Counted from the whole stretch's first letter, positions 37,688 to 50,982 are shown. The stretch: 61,078 nt of DNA, filler included, from Sphacelaria rigidula (GCA_964200075.2; 6 parts of 6 records of this genome joined end to end with filler, not necessarily neighbours in it), one strand, 5' to 3'. Numbers and translations: made by a program. Notes: generated by a model not told the origin, from the sequence alone.

Positions 37688-38359
37688 AAAATGAGCGAAT
37701 TCCGCTACAATTGATTGACATCACTCCGTTTCTTCGATGAAAGCATGCGGCAAGACACTCACTCAACACGTTATGCCGTCGGCGCGCAAACTGCGACGGA
37801 CGCCCTTCGTCAAAGCGCGTTCTCGATTTCGAGACGACCACCAAGTGCGTCGACCCTATGCTCGGACACTGTACGGGAAATACGATATATAATGATGTCA
37901 ACGGTTTGGTGATTGCGGCGTTCTCGACATGTATTTTGTTTCCAAAAACCTATGAATAGTGGAAGCTCACAATATCCGTGTACAGTGCTGACATCGCATG
38001 CGAAAGTACTCGTATCTTCCAGTAGAGCTACGAGATCGGACCATGTATTTGTCGAAGCAACTAATATCCGAATGGAGTTGAGAGATCACATGCGCAAAGT
38101 AAAGAAGACAAATCTTGCGGGATGGGATCGACATGTCGCCCATCTCACTGTTGACAAAAGTCCCATGGTACCAGTAGGGCGCGGGAGTAGTATTGGACTC
38201 GCGATGCAAGTAGTTTTCTGACGAACCGCGGGTTCGCGTTCACATTATTTCTCACCTTCGCCGTTTCTGTGGTATGGCGTGAGCTTTACCTCTTGCTTTC
38301 GTACTTCAGCGCCGTCTCTCACACCAAATGCTCTCCATGCCTGCCGTTCCGGCGACATG

Positions 38360-39246
38360 ATGTCGTAGCCGGCGCAGGTCGTGTGTGCGCCGCTGTCATG
38401 CACACTGCATCCGCGACACCCCTTCGGCGGTGCACACGATACTCGCGCTGCTCACAGCCGCCCCCGCCTGTGAAAATCTCCTGTATTCCTGTCTTCAATA
38501 TTCCATTGCGCCCACCGTGTCCGTGCCGCCCCCATCACCCCTAACCCTTGACTCCCTGTGAAGGCGGCCTTCGGGGCAACGAAATCGCTCGGAGCACATG
38601 GACGGAGGGTGCAGATACCTCGGCGGGACTGTTCCACCGAGGCATGCCCCGTCCCGTGGGTCGGGGATGGGGAGATGCCGTCGGCGGTACGCCAGGCTTT
38701 CGCCTAGCTGTGGGATGGGGGGTCGAGGGGACTTGTCAGGCGTCTACGGAAAGTCTTCACGCTGTTGGTGTGAAAGGTTACAACTCCGTGATAAATATAC
38801 GGTACCGTCCATTCATCACGGAGTTGTTACACCCTTCACACCAACAGCGTAAAGACTTTCCCTAGACGCCTGACAAGTCCCCACGAACCCCCATCCCACA
38901 GCTAGGCGAAAGCCTGGCGTACCCCCGACGGCATCTCTCCATCCCCGACCCACGGGACGGGACATGCCTCGGTGGAACAGTCCCGCCTAGGTATCTGCAC
39001 CCTCCGTCCATGTGCGCCGAGCGATTTCGTTGCCCCGAAGGCCGCCTGCACAGGGAGTCGAGGCTTAGAGGTGATGGACGCGGCACGGACACGGTGGGTG
39101 CAATGAAATATTGAAGACAGAGAAAGAAAATGTTTGAAGGCTGGGGCGGCTGTGAGCAGCGCGAGTATCGTGTGCATCGCCAGAGGGTGGCGCGGATGCA
39201 GTGTGCATGACGGCGGTGACCGCACAATGTGCGCCGGCCACGACAT
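38360..39246. repeat. ~890-bp imperfect palindrome (foldback) centred near 38803
   Basis: Arms are reverse complements along their whole length, up to the centre cggtaccg. ORFs 38598-38852 (+) and 38862-39227 (-) share MDGGCRYLGGTVPPRH. Confidence 0.92.
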
Positions 39247-39250
39247 AGTC

Positions 39251-39325
39251 ATTATCAAGATTATTATGATTATTAGTATGATTATTATGATTATTATTAT
39301 TATCATCATCATCATCATCATCATT
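39251..39325. repeat. (ATT/ATC)n low-complexity tract
   Basis: Seen directly. Confidence 0.95.
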
Positions 39326-40786
39326 TATTCATCCATTATTATTGGAAAGATAGGTTGATCCCTTCAGACCATGGACTCATCCCGAGGAAGGGGAGGGGTT
39401 CAAAGCTTGAGAAAAAAATATATATCATCATCATAATCATGATCGTTATCATTCTTATACTATTATATATTTTTTAATCATGATTATCATCATGTTTGTC
39501 ACATAAGCTCGATCTCCCGAACCCGTGGTGACAGAGTGCAAGGAGCATACTCTACTCATACCCATAAATCAAACAGCCCGCAGAGGAAGGAAAGGATCAA
39601 AACATCCACACGAAAAAAGGGTACCTACACCACGGTAGACCCGTAGAAAACCGATTGAACTACAGGAGACCTACTGGAATCTAAGAAGTCCCCGCGTGCG
39701 ATCTCTCCGGCTACCTTGCCACGTACTGGTGTGTACACAGAGTAGTAACAGCGAGTACGCCGATAACCGAAACGGTCGCGTAGAACGGAGGCCGATCCCA
39801 AAATAGATCTACTGTCTGAAGTACTGCTCAGAGAGATCCTCTACAGAGCCTGCGCACCGGAGACTAAACAACGTCAGATAGGACGATGAAAAAAGACAAG
39901 GACAAAAAAAGGAAGAGTCGATTGCAACGAGGAAGGAGCGCCAGGAACTACCATGTCCCTCGGGTTCTGATCAAGAAGCATCGTTATAGAAACACAACAG
40001 ACAGGGCGTGTCTAGCCTACACACGGCATAGCGCTATCAGCTGGAGACAGACTTTATTCAGAGTGTCCTATACTCAACCATGAAAACATGGGATACCATC
40101 TGCATGTGGCATCCACAACAAACAACTATCAAAACCCAACAGAAAAAATAATATTCCGCCCTCAACGAAATTAGCCGCCACCTTTGCTCTTTTCCGCTGC
40201 AAGGTCCTGTTCGGAGTTGACCTCCTGACGCTCCTCTCTGTACTCACCAGCGTCCATGGCCAACGCAACCGCCCATCCCCGCCGGTGTCCATGATCCCAA
40301 ACAGTGCTTCCTCTGCTCACTTTCGTGATGAAACACTTTCTCCTTCGTTGTGCACTCTGGTGCTGCTCTGTAATTAGTGTCTCGTCTAGGAAGCTCAACC
40401 AAACCCAACACGTCCGTCGACGACCGCTCCTCCTCCATGCTTGTCGCCGAAACAAGTCTACACACCGGTACACGTTCGTTTGTATCAAGGGTGTGCGTGC
40501 CAGCTTCCGACAGCGGTGTCATCTGCCTCCGCGCACACACCGTATCCCAACATGCTCGCACTCAAGGTGTGACATATTATACCGCTGCACTACAAAGAGG
40601 TGGGTGTGCCTGATGGGCACCGTACTGACCCAAACTCTACTACTACACCACAGCCTTGGCGGAGGGGAGTGGGGGGGGGGGGGGGGNNNNNNNNNNNNNN
40701 NNNNNNNNNNNNNNNNNNNNNNNNNNNNNNTTAATTAATTAANNNNNNNNNNNNNNNNNNNNNNNNNNNNNNNNNNNNNNNNNNNN

Positions 40787-40868
40787 CTGTTAATACCCGC
40801 CGACGCTCACCACCATGGTCTGACACAAAGTGCAGACCATGGTGGTGAGCGTCGGCGGGTATTAACAG
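40787..40868. repeat. Perfect 36-bp inverted repeat (hairpin) at the contig start
   Basis: ctgttaatacccgccgacgctcaccaccatggtctg, a 10-nt loop, then the exact reverse complement. Confidence 0.95.
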
Positions 40869-40869
40869 G

Positions 40870-42380
40870 CGGTGGAATTCATCCGGCCGCTAGCGCCACA
40901 GCAGCTCCCATCAGGTGTGTATTCGTCATCGGTGAGCAGCGAGAGCCGTCTGCCGACGGCGAGCTCTCAGTCGAGGGGAGCGACTCGTCTCCGACGGGCG
41001 AAAGTGGTCCGGTTTCAACGGGTGGTGTGGACTGCGGCGCGCCGACTTGAGTCGCATCTGGGCGGACTTAGAAATGGCGAGGAGCTCAGGCGAAGCGGAG
41101 CGCAGGCGCGAGCACTTAATCAAGAAACAGCTGGCGGCACAAACCTATAAGCCGGGCGAGCTACTTGGATGTATCGTGCAGGAAGCGGGGCCGGAGCCAT
41201 TGGTGTATCCTGCGGCATGCTCGTCGCGGCACTCGGAGGTATGGATGGAGGCAATGAAAATAGGGTTCGATGGGCTCATGGCTGCCGGAACGTTTGCGGA
41301 GGTGACTGAAATTCCTGAGGGATGCAAGATCGTGAACGTCAAGCGGTCAAGTGGTTGCATAGGTGGAGAGAAGTGTAGGAAAGGAGGGAGTAAGTGGGTG
41401 GGGGCGTGGAGCACCACCGTATCACGACTGCCCACTCACCATGATCGAGCCACAATCCATGTTCCATTGATGATTCAGAACTGGGGGGCAAGCGAAAGTA
41501 CATATCGATGTCCAACTCCGACCGGATGAAAGCCTGGTGTACATCCAAGTGCCTCAAACCACAGTATAACTTACAGGTCGTAGCCACCACCAACCTGTTC
41601 GAATTAGAAAAGTCCGTAGCCGTAGGGGGCAAACGTCTCACCTCCTGACCGCGGAAGGCATGTCGGTGGTGCGGTTCAAGGTGGTGCACCCCAACGGTAC
41701 AGAACCAAAGGGTCCACAGTGGCCGGGCAAGGTGGTTAGGTCCCCAACAGACGTACATAGGGCTATGGTAGAGCACGAGGAGAACAACCCAAGCAGACTA
41801 GTGCTGCACATGAGCCACAATGTTGGCATACTATCATGTGTCCGAGACATCGACGACGGTACCGGTGTGATAGAGCGGTCACTCCAGTTCGTTGCGACCG
41901 CCAGTGGCACAGTACACATGAGGACTTTCGCCCGGTCAAACATAAAATGCGAATCACCCTTCCACTTCACCCTCTCCACGACTACACGGAAAGACGCATG
42001 CACCACGGTCTCCGCTAATTCGCACAGGATGGTGGCGGCTACGGCATGTAAGCTAGACTGGGATTTGAGGCACTCGGATGCAGACCAGGCTCTCATCTGG
42101 TCGGAGTTGAACACCGATATCTACTTGTGCCTGCCCCCTGGTTGTGAACGGTGATTGGACCAAAGATTATGGTTCGTGAGCCGACTGGAGATCATGCGTG
42201 AGTGGGCAGTCGTGATACGGTGGCGCTCCACGCCCCCATCTACTTACTCTATCCTTTCCTACACCTTTCTCCACCTATACAACCACTTGGCCAGTTGACC
42301 TCTACGGTCTTGCACCCCTCAGTAATTTCAATCACATCCGCAAACTTTCCGGCAGCCATGAGCCCATCGAACCCTATCTT
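40870..42380. mobile_element. Scrambled Ty1/Copia reverse transcriptase remnant with inverted duplication
   Basis: Copia RT motifs EPLVYPAA...WMEAM...GTFAEVTEIPEGCKIV (+), LRHLDVHQAFIRSELDIDMYFRLPP (-), KWKGDSHFMFDRAK (-) and KLDWDLRHSDADQALIWSELNTDIYLCLPPG (+). 41258-41440 is the reverse complement of 42200-42380. Confidence 0.8.
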
Positions 42381-42867
42381 AATCTCACAGTTGCCGCAAG
42401 AGGGCAGTATTTTTTCTGGGCGCAAAGCACGGGTCTGTGTTCTGCCTCACCGCCATCTCTACCATTTGAGCATGACAAGTAGGACCGAGCTTATTTATCC
42501 GAAAATACCATTCCACTCAGGTGTTGTTCACGTCTTCGCTTGCACTGCGTTTCGAAGAACACAACGCAAACGATGCGTTTCCGGAGTCACGCTTTGAGAC
42601 TACGCGGTGTGAAAAACTCAAGGGCTAGTTGGTACTGTTTGGATAGCAGAGGATTCCAGCCTTCATCCGAGGGCGAGCGTCTCGTGCTTATGAGCAGGTG
42701 CTGCGCTTGTGACGTGTGCATCAACACGAGCCTAGGGCCCAAGCTCAGAAGAGCAGGGCGGCGCGTGCACTGCGCCAAGTTGACAAGGGGCTCCCATCTA
42801 TACCGAACGCCAGTCTACACGTTCCGATATATGGGGGTGCATCAACCGGGATCACACAGGAGGAGGG

Positions 42868-42868
<1 letters not shown>

Positions 42869-42925
<57 letters not shown>
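42869..42925. repeat. (CA)n microsatellite
   Basis: Seen directly. Confidence 0.98.
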
Positions 42926-42928
<3 letters not shown>

Positions 42929-43474
42929 TTTGTATCCTTCATCTTGTGTTATTATCCACTTTTATCTGGTGCTATTATCCACTTTTATCTTGTGTTATTA
43001 TCCACTTTGCTTCTGCGGTGCATTGTTGTTGTTGTTATTGTATTCACATTGAAAACCGTTCCGATATCTGCGCGGTACATCCGTACTGGGCATCTGATGC
43101 GGACGCCTTTCGTGGTCACAGGCTAGCTACCTGTATTAAGGTATAAGGAAAAACAAAAACAAAAAAAAGACCCCCACAAAAACTCCACAGACGTGATACA
43201 AGCAACACAGGAATAAAGAAGAAGAGAGAGAATAAATATGCCTAACCTCAAAAGATCCGGTGCCGCAAGTGGCCATTCGGACTTCAGGGGGTGGCGCCCG
43301 ACTTTCCAACTCGACGTACGAGGCCAAGTAGAGATGGGGATAGGGTTAGACTACGGGCCAAACCCAAGGCCCGAAGACCACCAACCAAAGAACTAAGGAT
43401 CGCAAGGTTCCATCCTTCGACCTCTCGAGGGGCAGTCACACGAACGAACATACCAGGCATACCAAGAGGTGCGT

Positions 43475-43691
43475 GCGTTCCTTGTCACCGCGCGAAGGGC
43501 TCGGTAGTCCCTTTCCTTCGTCGACCTTGAAGTCGACCTTTGTACTCGCGACATTCTATGTCGCTCTCCACTGCTGTTGAGCATGGTGCAACACAACAAA
43601 CCAGATCGTGTGACTCCACCGACGTTTGAACCCACGTTTTAGCCGTCACAAGCTTTTTCGAGGTTACTAACTGCGCCACCGGGGCGACCGG
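43475..43691 (-). mobile_element. tRNA-derived SINE-like element, 5' part (3' part at ~42790-42868; related copy at ~53480-53725)
   Basis: Minus strand starts CCGGTCGCCCCGGTGGCGCAGTTAG (A box)...GGGTTCAAAC (B box). The body matches 53640-53725, and 53490-53565 matches 42790-42868. Confidence 0.65.
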
Positions 43692-44854
43692 TCCGTTCCA
43701 GTAGGTTTGTATACATAGTACATCTTTCTATAGCTTCTGTAGGGTGTCTTGCTTGTAACAACAGAAGCACTCCGGAGCCGTTATTTTTTTACGCCTTCAC
43801 TCTCGCCTGGTTTTGGAAACCAATACCCCAAATGAGGTTCGTTGGGGAAGCTTCAAGCTTAGGACGAGGCATGAACATATTTGGTCGTCTCCGTGTCCCG
43901 GAACTTGGTCAACGCGCACGAACTCTAGTTTTGACCGGGAAGAAACGAAATAAAATTACATCAGCATTTTCCCAGAATATCCGGACCTCGGGGGCACGAA
44001 CGATACCGAAACTTGTCCCCCGTCATCAGCGAGAGCGGCATAACGGTCATGGTCCACACCATACATCGAAACATGATATTCTGTTCCCAGTAAGTATGTC
44101 ATAGTCCACACCGTGCCTCGAAACTTGGTATGCTGCTCCCAGTAAGTATGTCGACATGCTATGGTTAGGCTTTTACTTACTATGCTGAAGAAATCGTGTA
44201 TCTCGAAAATGATGTTGGGTCGCTATTTTGTAAAACCGTGCTAGCATAATGAGTAAAAGCCTAATGCTATGCAAGAGAGCTCACTCCAATCGTCGTTAAC
44301 CCTTTCGGAACCGTTGATGGAAAAGTGACGATTTACAATTGGCGATTTCTTGGGCAAGATATGGTTGTTGTCTTTCTGCAAGTGTTGATGATGCAGCACA
44401 CCAAAACGGTAACCAATTATAAAAATGTGACAGATTCGTGCACCGAGTCCAAGTGACATTTTTCCCAGTGACGAAAGCTCGCATGTGGGACTTCGTAAAT
44501 CATGACTTTTCCCTCAAGGTTCCAAAATAGTTACAATGTGCGCGGAGTTGTCGTTTCGGAATGTGAGGATGTAGGCTGCGGCGCAGCAGCAGGGAAACAT
44601 ATAGTAGCAAATCGGTATCATATGCTGACGGAATTCTTGAGGGAAAAGTCAAGTCAAGACATACGGTGGCATACCTTTCAATTTCGGTACGGCATCCATT
44701 TTTTTATGGTGAGCCCAAATTTGGCGGTGGGGCGGGTGGGGGGATTGTTCTCCAAATGCAAGTCATTTCGGCTGCCATACGTAATCAGGATTTTGAAAAA
44801 TGAAGTTGATTAACGTCTTGAAAATATTTTTCTAGATGCGGAACGACGATGCAC

Positions 44855-45678
44855 TAGGGCTGGGTACTGGCGAAGCCAGTCAGGATCCTGTATACTGGCT
44901 GCAGAGCAGCCAGTGTACAGGGTCCGATCAGTACATTGGTGGCGCGGCGACCCCCCCCCGGCTGGTGAGGGGGGCCGCCGGAGGCGCTTTTTTACGCGAT
45001 TTAGCTTCACTAGAGCATAAAAAACGAGTGATTTTGGCCCATGTGACAGAGGCACTATCGCGCGGGGAAAACGATAGAAATTTCGAGGACAACGCCCAAA
45101 TTTATTGCTTTTCTACTTTTCTACGTGAGTGAATGTGGCACAAAATTTAAACTTTGCAACACCCACAAACTCCAGGATCTCCAGGATCGTGGGAGACGTA
45201 GTCTGTGCATATGAAAGTGCATGAAACTGTATGTTCCACCAAACGCCTTACGTTGGGGAGTATTGAAAAAATGCAAGCAACCAAGTAGAAAGCCCTACAA
45301 AACCAGCAGTTGAAAGCACAAGGCACAAGGTCACAAGACGGTGAGCGGCACTCTTGTTTACTGGACCGGACAACCTCTCGCAAAAAAACAAAGGAAACAA
45401 CGAGACGGCAGCCCTGAAATTAAACCAAGAAGCCAAGAAAAAAAAAGGGGGGGACACGAACCAGCATAGCATGCTACAACAGTATGTAGGAGATAACAAT
45501 GGTGCCAAAGCTACCCAACCGAAGCCTACACCGCTATGTCTCCTTAGAGGCGGCCTGAATATATGGGTTTCCGCTGGTTCTTGAGGCGTATTGAGGAATC
45601 TACGTAGATGTGTATGTACTGGTGTATTGGCGGGGCCATATGCACTGGCAGTACGTACTGGTTCAGTACCCAACCCCA
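44855..45678. mobile_element. Older hAT-like non-autonomous element
   Basis: TAGGGCTGGGTACTG / CAGTACCCAACCCCA termini, repeated ACTGG subterminal motifs, degenerate 8-bp flanks cgatgcac/ggatgtat. Confidence 0.55.
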
Positions 45679-45989
45679 GGATGTATTCTCTTCGAGAATT
45701 TGGTACGACTTTACCGCGGGTCAGACAGGTCGAACCAACGGGTGATGAGAAACCTGCACTGAGGTAGGAAGGTGGCTGAGTAGTGAAGTTCCTTTGAGAC
45801 CTTGCCGCGCCGTATTGAGGGGCGTAGGAAAAGACAAGCTCACCTGACCAGTTGGTTGTGTGCGTTGTCAGGTTGTCGCAGTTAATGAGTTGCTTGCAGG
45901 GGCCTTCATACCGCGTTGATATAATAGTGATTTTCGGACGGTTTACATTTTTTTCTGAAAGCCCAAAAAATGGGGGGGAGGGGACCGGG

Positions 45990-46690
45990 GGTGGACTCAT
46001 GACATTGTATACAGTAGTCATAAAACCATTAACCTCGTCACCCTACAACGCCGGGACGGAGCACGCCGGTTTTTCGTCGGACCAGGCTCGCAACCACCAA
46101 GTGCGAAAGGCCGTGATGTGTTTGGCGAATCGCACAAGGAGTGAGCTGCATCCTGCTGAGATTGTTCAGCCCAAAGCGTACCAAATATCCCACATATGGA
46201 TGGCAACCCCGAATGAGTTGAGTTTTCCGTTTCGTCATCGCCACTTTCAGACAGAGCTACCGGTGAAATTGATTGATGGGTTTCTTTCCTCTTCAACACT
46301 ACGTAATATGATCATCCCCTGGCGCGCGCTGGGGGTAGGCATACTCATGATCTTACATGCCGTACTCACATGACCATTTGACCTCGTATCCCTACAAAAC
46401 CATGACGGAGCACTCCGGGTTCCGCCGGACCAAGCTCGGAATCAATCACCAAGCGCGAAGCGCCATGACGTATTGGCGAGTCGCATGAAGGGTGAGCTGC
46501 ATTCTACTAATATCGTTCAACCCTATGCGTACTGATCATCTTGCATTTGGTTGGATGACAGCCTCCCATGAGTTGCTTCATTTCCTGGTACCGCCACTTC
46601 CAGAGACAGCCACGGATTCCACACGGCCTCATGGGTGTTTCACCATTGAAACACTACGTAGTATGATCATCCCCTTTGCGCGGAAGTGAG
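45990..46690. repeat. Diverged tandem duplication, ~345-bp unit
   Basis: actcatga...accatt..cctcgt...ccctacaa...gacggagcac...ggacca.gctcg...actacgta.tatgatcatcccct occurs twice; further partial unit starts at ~46858 and ~46910. Confidence 0.75.
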
Positions 46691-49600
46691 GTTCTCCCGC
46701 CCCGCACAATATGCTCTAACTCGACCATCATCATGGAAAGCGTAAAAAAAAAAAGAGCGAAAACTCCCCCGGGAACCTATTTGCCTAGCTTACGCAGAAA
46801 GTGGCATCGTCTATAGCGTCGTTGCCAAGCGACATCAACTCTCAAAGGCGGGGGGTGTACTCATGACCATGCATGCCATAGTCATAAGATAAAAGGCGGG
46901 GGGGGGGCGTACTCATTTGTTGCTTGCCTTAGTCGTGTGACCATTGACTAATGCGGGGGGTAGGGGGGGGGGGGGGGCCTTAACCAAGAGGTATGCCACC
47001 CATCAATTGAAACAAGTCCGCATCCCTGCTATTAATAGAACCAGCCAGTTTTTCTTTAATCTATGAACCCCAATACGGTTTCATCAAAGGAGGGCAGATC
47101 GGGGAAAAGAAAATTTCGGTCCAGTCATGCCCTCTCGCGATGATCACCTGGCGATGACCACGAACATGTAACCAATATTTGTACTGTAATAATATTATAC
47201 TGTGCCACTTCAAGGCGGGTTCTTATCGGTGACAAATAATCGTTTTTCTCAGCCTTTAGACAGCGACCCTCTCGTAGGTGGACTGATTTGGACTACGCCA
47301 CATTTGGGTTCAGAACAGCTCTTCTCTCGGTACTACAAAACGCGCCTTTTAACATGTGGATATTTGGCATCTACAATATACTCGTACTCGTATAGACGAT
47401 AGTCTCGGAGAGCCCCTGACCAGTTTTGACCCTGTAGTTCATTGCGTGGAGGGTCAGTATGTATATGTATTGTATACCTTCGCTGGATACAATGGCAAGA
47501 TAGAGAGTAAGTGTGCCATCGCTCTCCACTAAACACAATTTACTGCATGCTGCTGATGTCTTTGCCTGGTGTTCAACAACACTTCAGACAGTACAGTGTG
47601 AAGTTATGCTGGCGACACATGAGGCGTCAGACAGGCAGCACAGACCTCGAGCAGAGTACGAAACTAGTTTATTTGTACCCATGTAATCTATGGTTGAATT
47701 GCCATGACCAAAATGAGGATGCCAGTAGACACCGGAGTAGTCCACCTGCAGTCCACCTGTAGGGGAACCACGTGCCCATTACGACGGCCGTGATTGGTCA
47801 CAGCGGTCATCCCGTTCCTCTCGGGCTTCGTTCCTGGCTCAGAATCTTCTGCAGGAAAGTTCCAAACACACATGGTTGACTTGGTGAACTTTTCGGCTGC
47901 TCTGCGAACAGACACCCCCGCCTCCCACGGGCCACTGGAAACCCCTGAACGTCTGCGGAATGTTGGGCTTTTGGTTCTTATGCGTTATTTTCCAGAAAAT
48001 ATATGCGCCTTGTTCAAAAGGGGTTCATTTCGAAGCGGAAACCCCGCCGAGGCGTTACAATTACTTGATTTTAGTGTGCAAGACCGAAAACAAGAACGCA
48101 TAATTTATGCGAATTATGCGGAAGGATAAGAAGCAAAAACCTACGGACTGTCAGCCTGTGCAACTGTTCCGAGGCGACGCTGGCTGTCTAAGCGTTACAA
48201 TCTTCTCTCTCCAAACGGCCTGGGGTCGCTCGCTGCGATACCATCGCTAGAAAAGAAAGTGCCTCAACATCGTTTCCGCAGAAAATATTTCAGTAAGGCA
48301 CATCCTGGTGATGAAATCGTTTTTGATTGAGTATACCACGGGTTCGAGAGATCGAGCTAATGTGATGATATAATAATAAATAATAATAACAATACCGTAA
48401 ATTTGTGTTCACCCCGCAGGAGGAACACAGATGTCCCGGTGAGAATCAGGGGCACACGCAAAGGCTTTTACACACAACCCATGGCAACGAGAGGTGAAAC
48501 TGACGAGCTCATCGCCTCTCCGAACCAGAAGCGTACAACGCGAGCCTTAGCTGCTCATCAGCTCAGCACGTTGCGCGTGACCTTGCGTAATTATTTTCAG
48601 AATGCAATGAGAAACGATGATTCGCGTGAAACGCGCGCATGGCATACGCACACAATCGGTCAGCACTTCCACGCTTTCGCTTGTAGTTTGACATGCACAC
48701 GGCGGCCTTTCCTCCAGTACAGAAAAGATTTTGTCAAACCAAGACTACTGTGCGTAGATGAGCAAGGAATAGGTGATGGAGCTACAGTGATGCGCGTGAC
48801 TGGTGGATGGCTGTGCATGTTTTTTCCGGGGCTCGCTATTTGGGTGTTGTTTTATCTTGGCATATCGTCTGTGGCAGTTCAAAAGATGTTGAACCAAGAA
48901 CCACTTTCCAGAACCGCAGCATTTTTGAACCTGTGTGCAGATCTGGGTTGTGATCTGGACGAAAAACGTTCTCGATAAAGCTGAAACACATCGTTGTGGA
49001 GACAACCTACTTTCATAAACGACTCTAAGAATGAATGATCAATCGTCTCCCGATGAGAATTTACCTGCCCAAGGGACGAGTACTGCCCGTAGAGTATCTT
49101 CGGTGCTGCAAGTTACTTCTGGGATGCTTCTTTTTCTGTTGCTCCGGCTGCGCTGATGAGCGTTACGCGCCCCCAAAGAAAAATCGACCCTCGGTGCAAG
49201 CTGTCGTATATGAATACAAAGATAATTCATTCAAGCAGCCCCAGGAGATCTAATTTGACTGTCATATTTTGCACAGTCCTGTTCCCCTGCGGACTAGAGT
49301 CTCATCTCCATAAAAGGTGATGTAATGACAGCCATAATCGCGTCTTAGTATGTATCCGCAGTTCTCGGGGTCAAACTTTACGGGACTTTTCTTTCGCCCG
49401 CTGCGATGACGTCAATCGTCGGGGATGAAACGGCCAAATCCAAGCTAAGATATTTGCGGCATTTTTTCTACACATGAAGAGATATCTTTTTTCTGTACTA
49501 CAGGCAAGTTACGGTATCGTAGAAGCAGTATCTACAATTCCGTGCATGACGGTGTATACCACCCCTTTCTTGATACATTCAGCGGTCTCGATTTCCTATG

Positions 49601-50726
49601 GACTACCGTACGGCTCTTTTATGGTTACACTGACTCTTGCGTCCGTTGTAAAATTCAATCTATGTACATGGGAAAATCTCTTCGGGGTTGCATTGATGGT
49701 AGATAGAGGTTGATACAGCAGCAAGCCCATCGGAAGAAGAGCTATCCAGGAGCGGTTGGGGCTAAAACGGTTGTTCCGGAACAGGGGTGCGGTAAAACCC
49801 TTCGCGACGGCGACTGCACTCCTGCGTCTTTCGGTACAGGTAATTCATCTATATCCTGAATGCCCCTATTTTCATCATCAGTATATAGCACCACAGTCAT
49901 GGGGGTTCAATTGCATTTAAAAGTGGCTGCAGGAAGTTACGATGGGGTAAACGTCTCACCTCAGCTGCCCTTTTTTAAAAAAAATCAGTTGCCAGTGATG
50001 AGAAATAAGACATGAGACATGAGACAAGGTGAACTGCTACATGTGAAGGTTACGGGCTGTCGCGCGATGGCAACTGGAAGTCGAATGGCAGAGGGGGGAG
50101 CATGTAGGTGGTTGATTGATACGTACCTAGCGTGCTTGGCCGCCACACTGGAGACGGAGTCCGATTCCTTTTGGGGTAAATCTCCAACCCTTCACCACTG
50201 GCCACCCCCGTGCTTTTCAGCCCAGTGCCTGTGAAGAAACCAGAAAGTACACATTGTATTTGAATTGAATTAAATCCAAGGTACGCTCCACCCACAGTCA
50301 TTTTCTGTTCGTTCGACAAACAGGGAATAATACAGCGAATCGAATACTCGTACGAGTACTCGTATCTGAAAAAGGAAAACACAGAAACAAGTGCACACGT
50401 GTTCCGTTCGTTACCACCCCAAACACAAGACGCGACGGAGTCAAAGAAATGGATAGACGAGAAAATAACAATAGTAATGATTCACAACTGTAGTATCTCC
50501 TCAACGAAGTCGGGCCCAATTTCACTTAGTAGTACTGTTGTTGTAGAGCGCACGAACACGCAATAATAGCTAATTAATTGCACCTCTACCCAAGCAGCTC
50601 AGATGGATGCGGAATTTTGCAACCAGAAAGATCATTTTCCACCATGCCCGTCCAACACACGATCGCACAAAGGATATGACAATACCATAAAATGTAATGG
50701 TACAGCAAGATATCAATACTATATAT

Positions 50727-50882
50727 AACAACAGTGTTTTCGTGAGATTGAGAGTAGTAGATGATACGATTGAGAGTGAAAAGCGGTCAATCATCAGTGA
50801 ATGAATCGTTTCAGTTCCGAAATGCACTTCCACGAGGCCCAACATGCTTTCTGCAATAATAGCTGGCCACTGAGGCCCTTGA
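50727..50882. mobile_element. Third copy of the ~300-bp MITE, truncated by the contig end; shows the empty Gypsy insertion site
   Basis: Reads ...cagttccgaaatgcacttccacga-ggcc-caacatgctttctg...ccactgaggcccttga continuously across the point where the 12674 copy is interrupted. Confidence 0.75.
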
Positions 50883-50982
50883 NNNNNNNNNNNNNNNNNN
50901 NNNNNNNNNNNNNNNNNNNNNNNNNNTTAATTAATTAANNNNNNNNNNNNNNNNNNNNNNNNNNNNNNNNNNNNNNNNNNNN

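Noticed and set aside
45248-46021. 257-aa minus-strand ORF
   Set aside because: Spans repeat fragments and low-complexity sequence; no protein-like signature.
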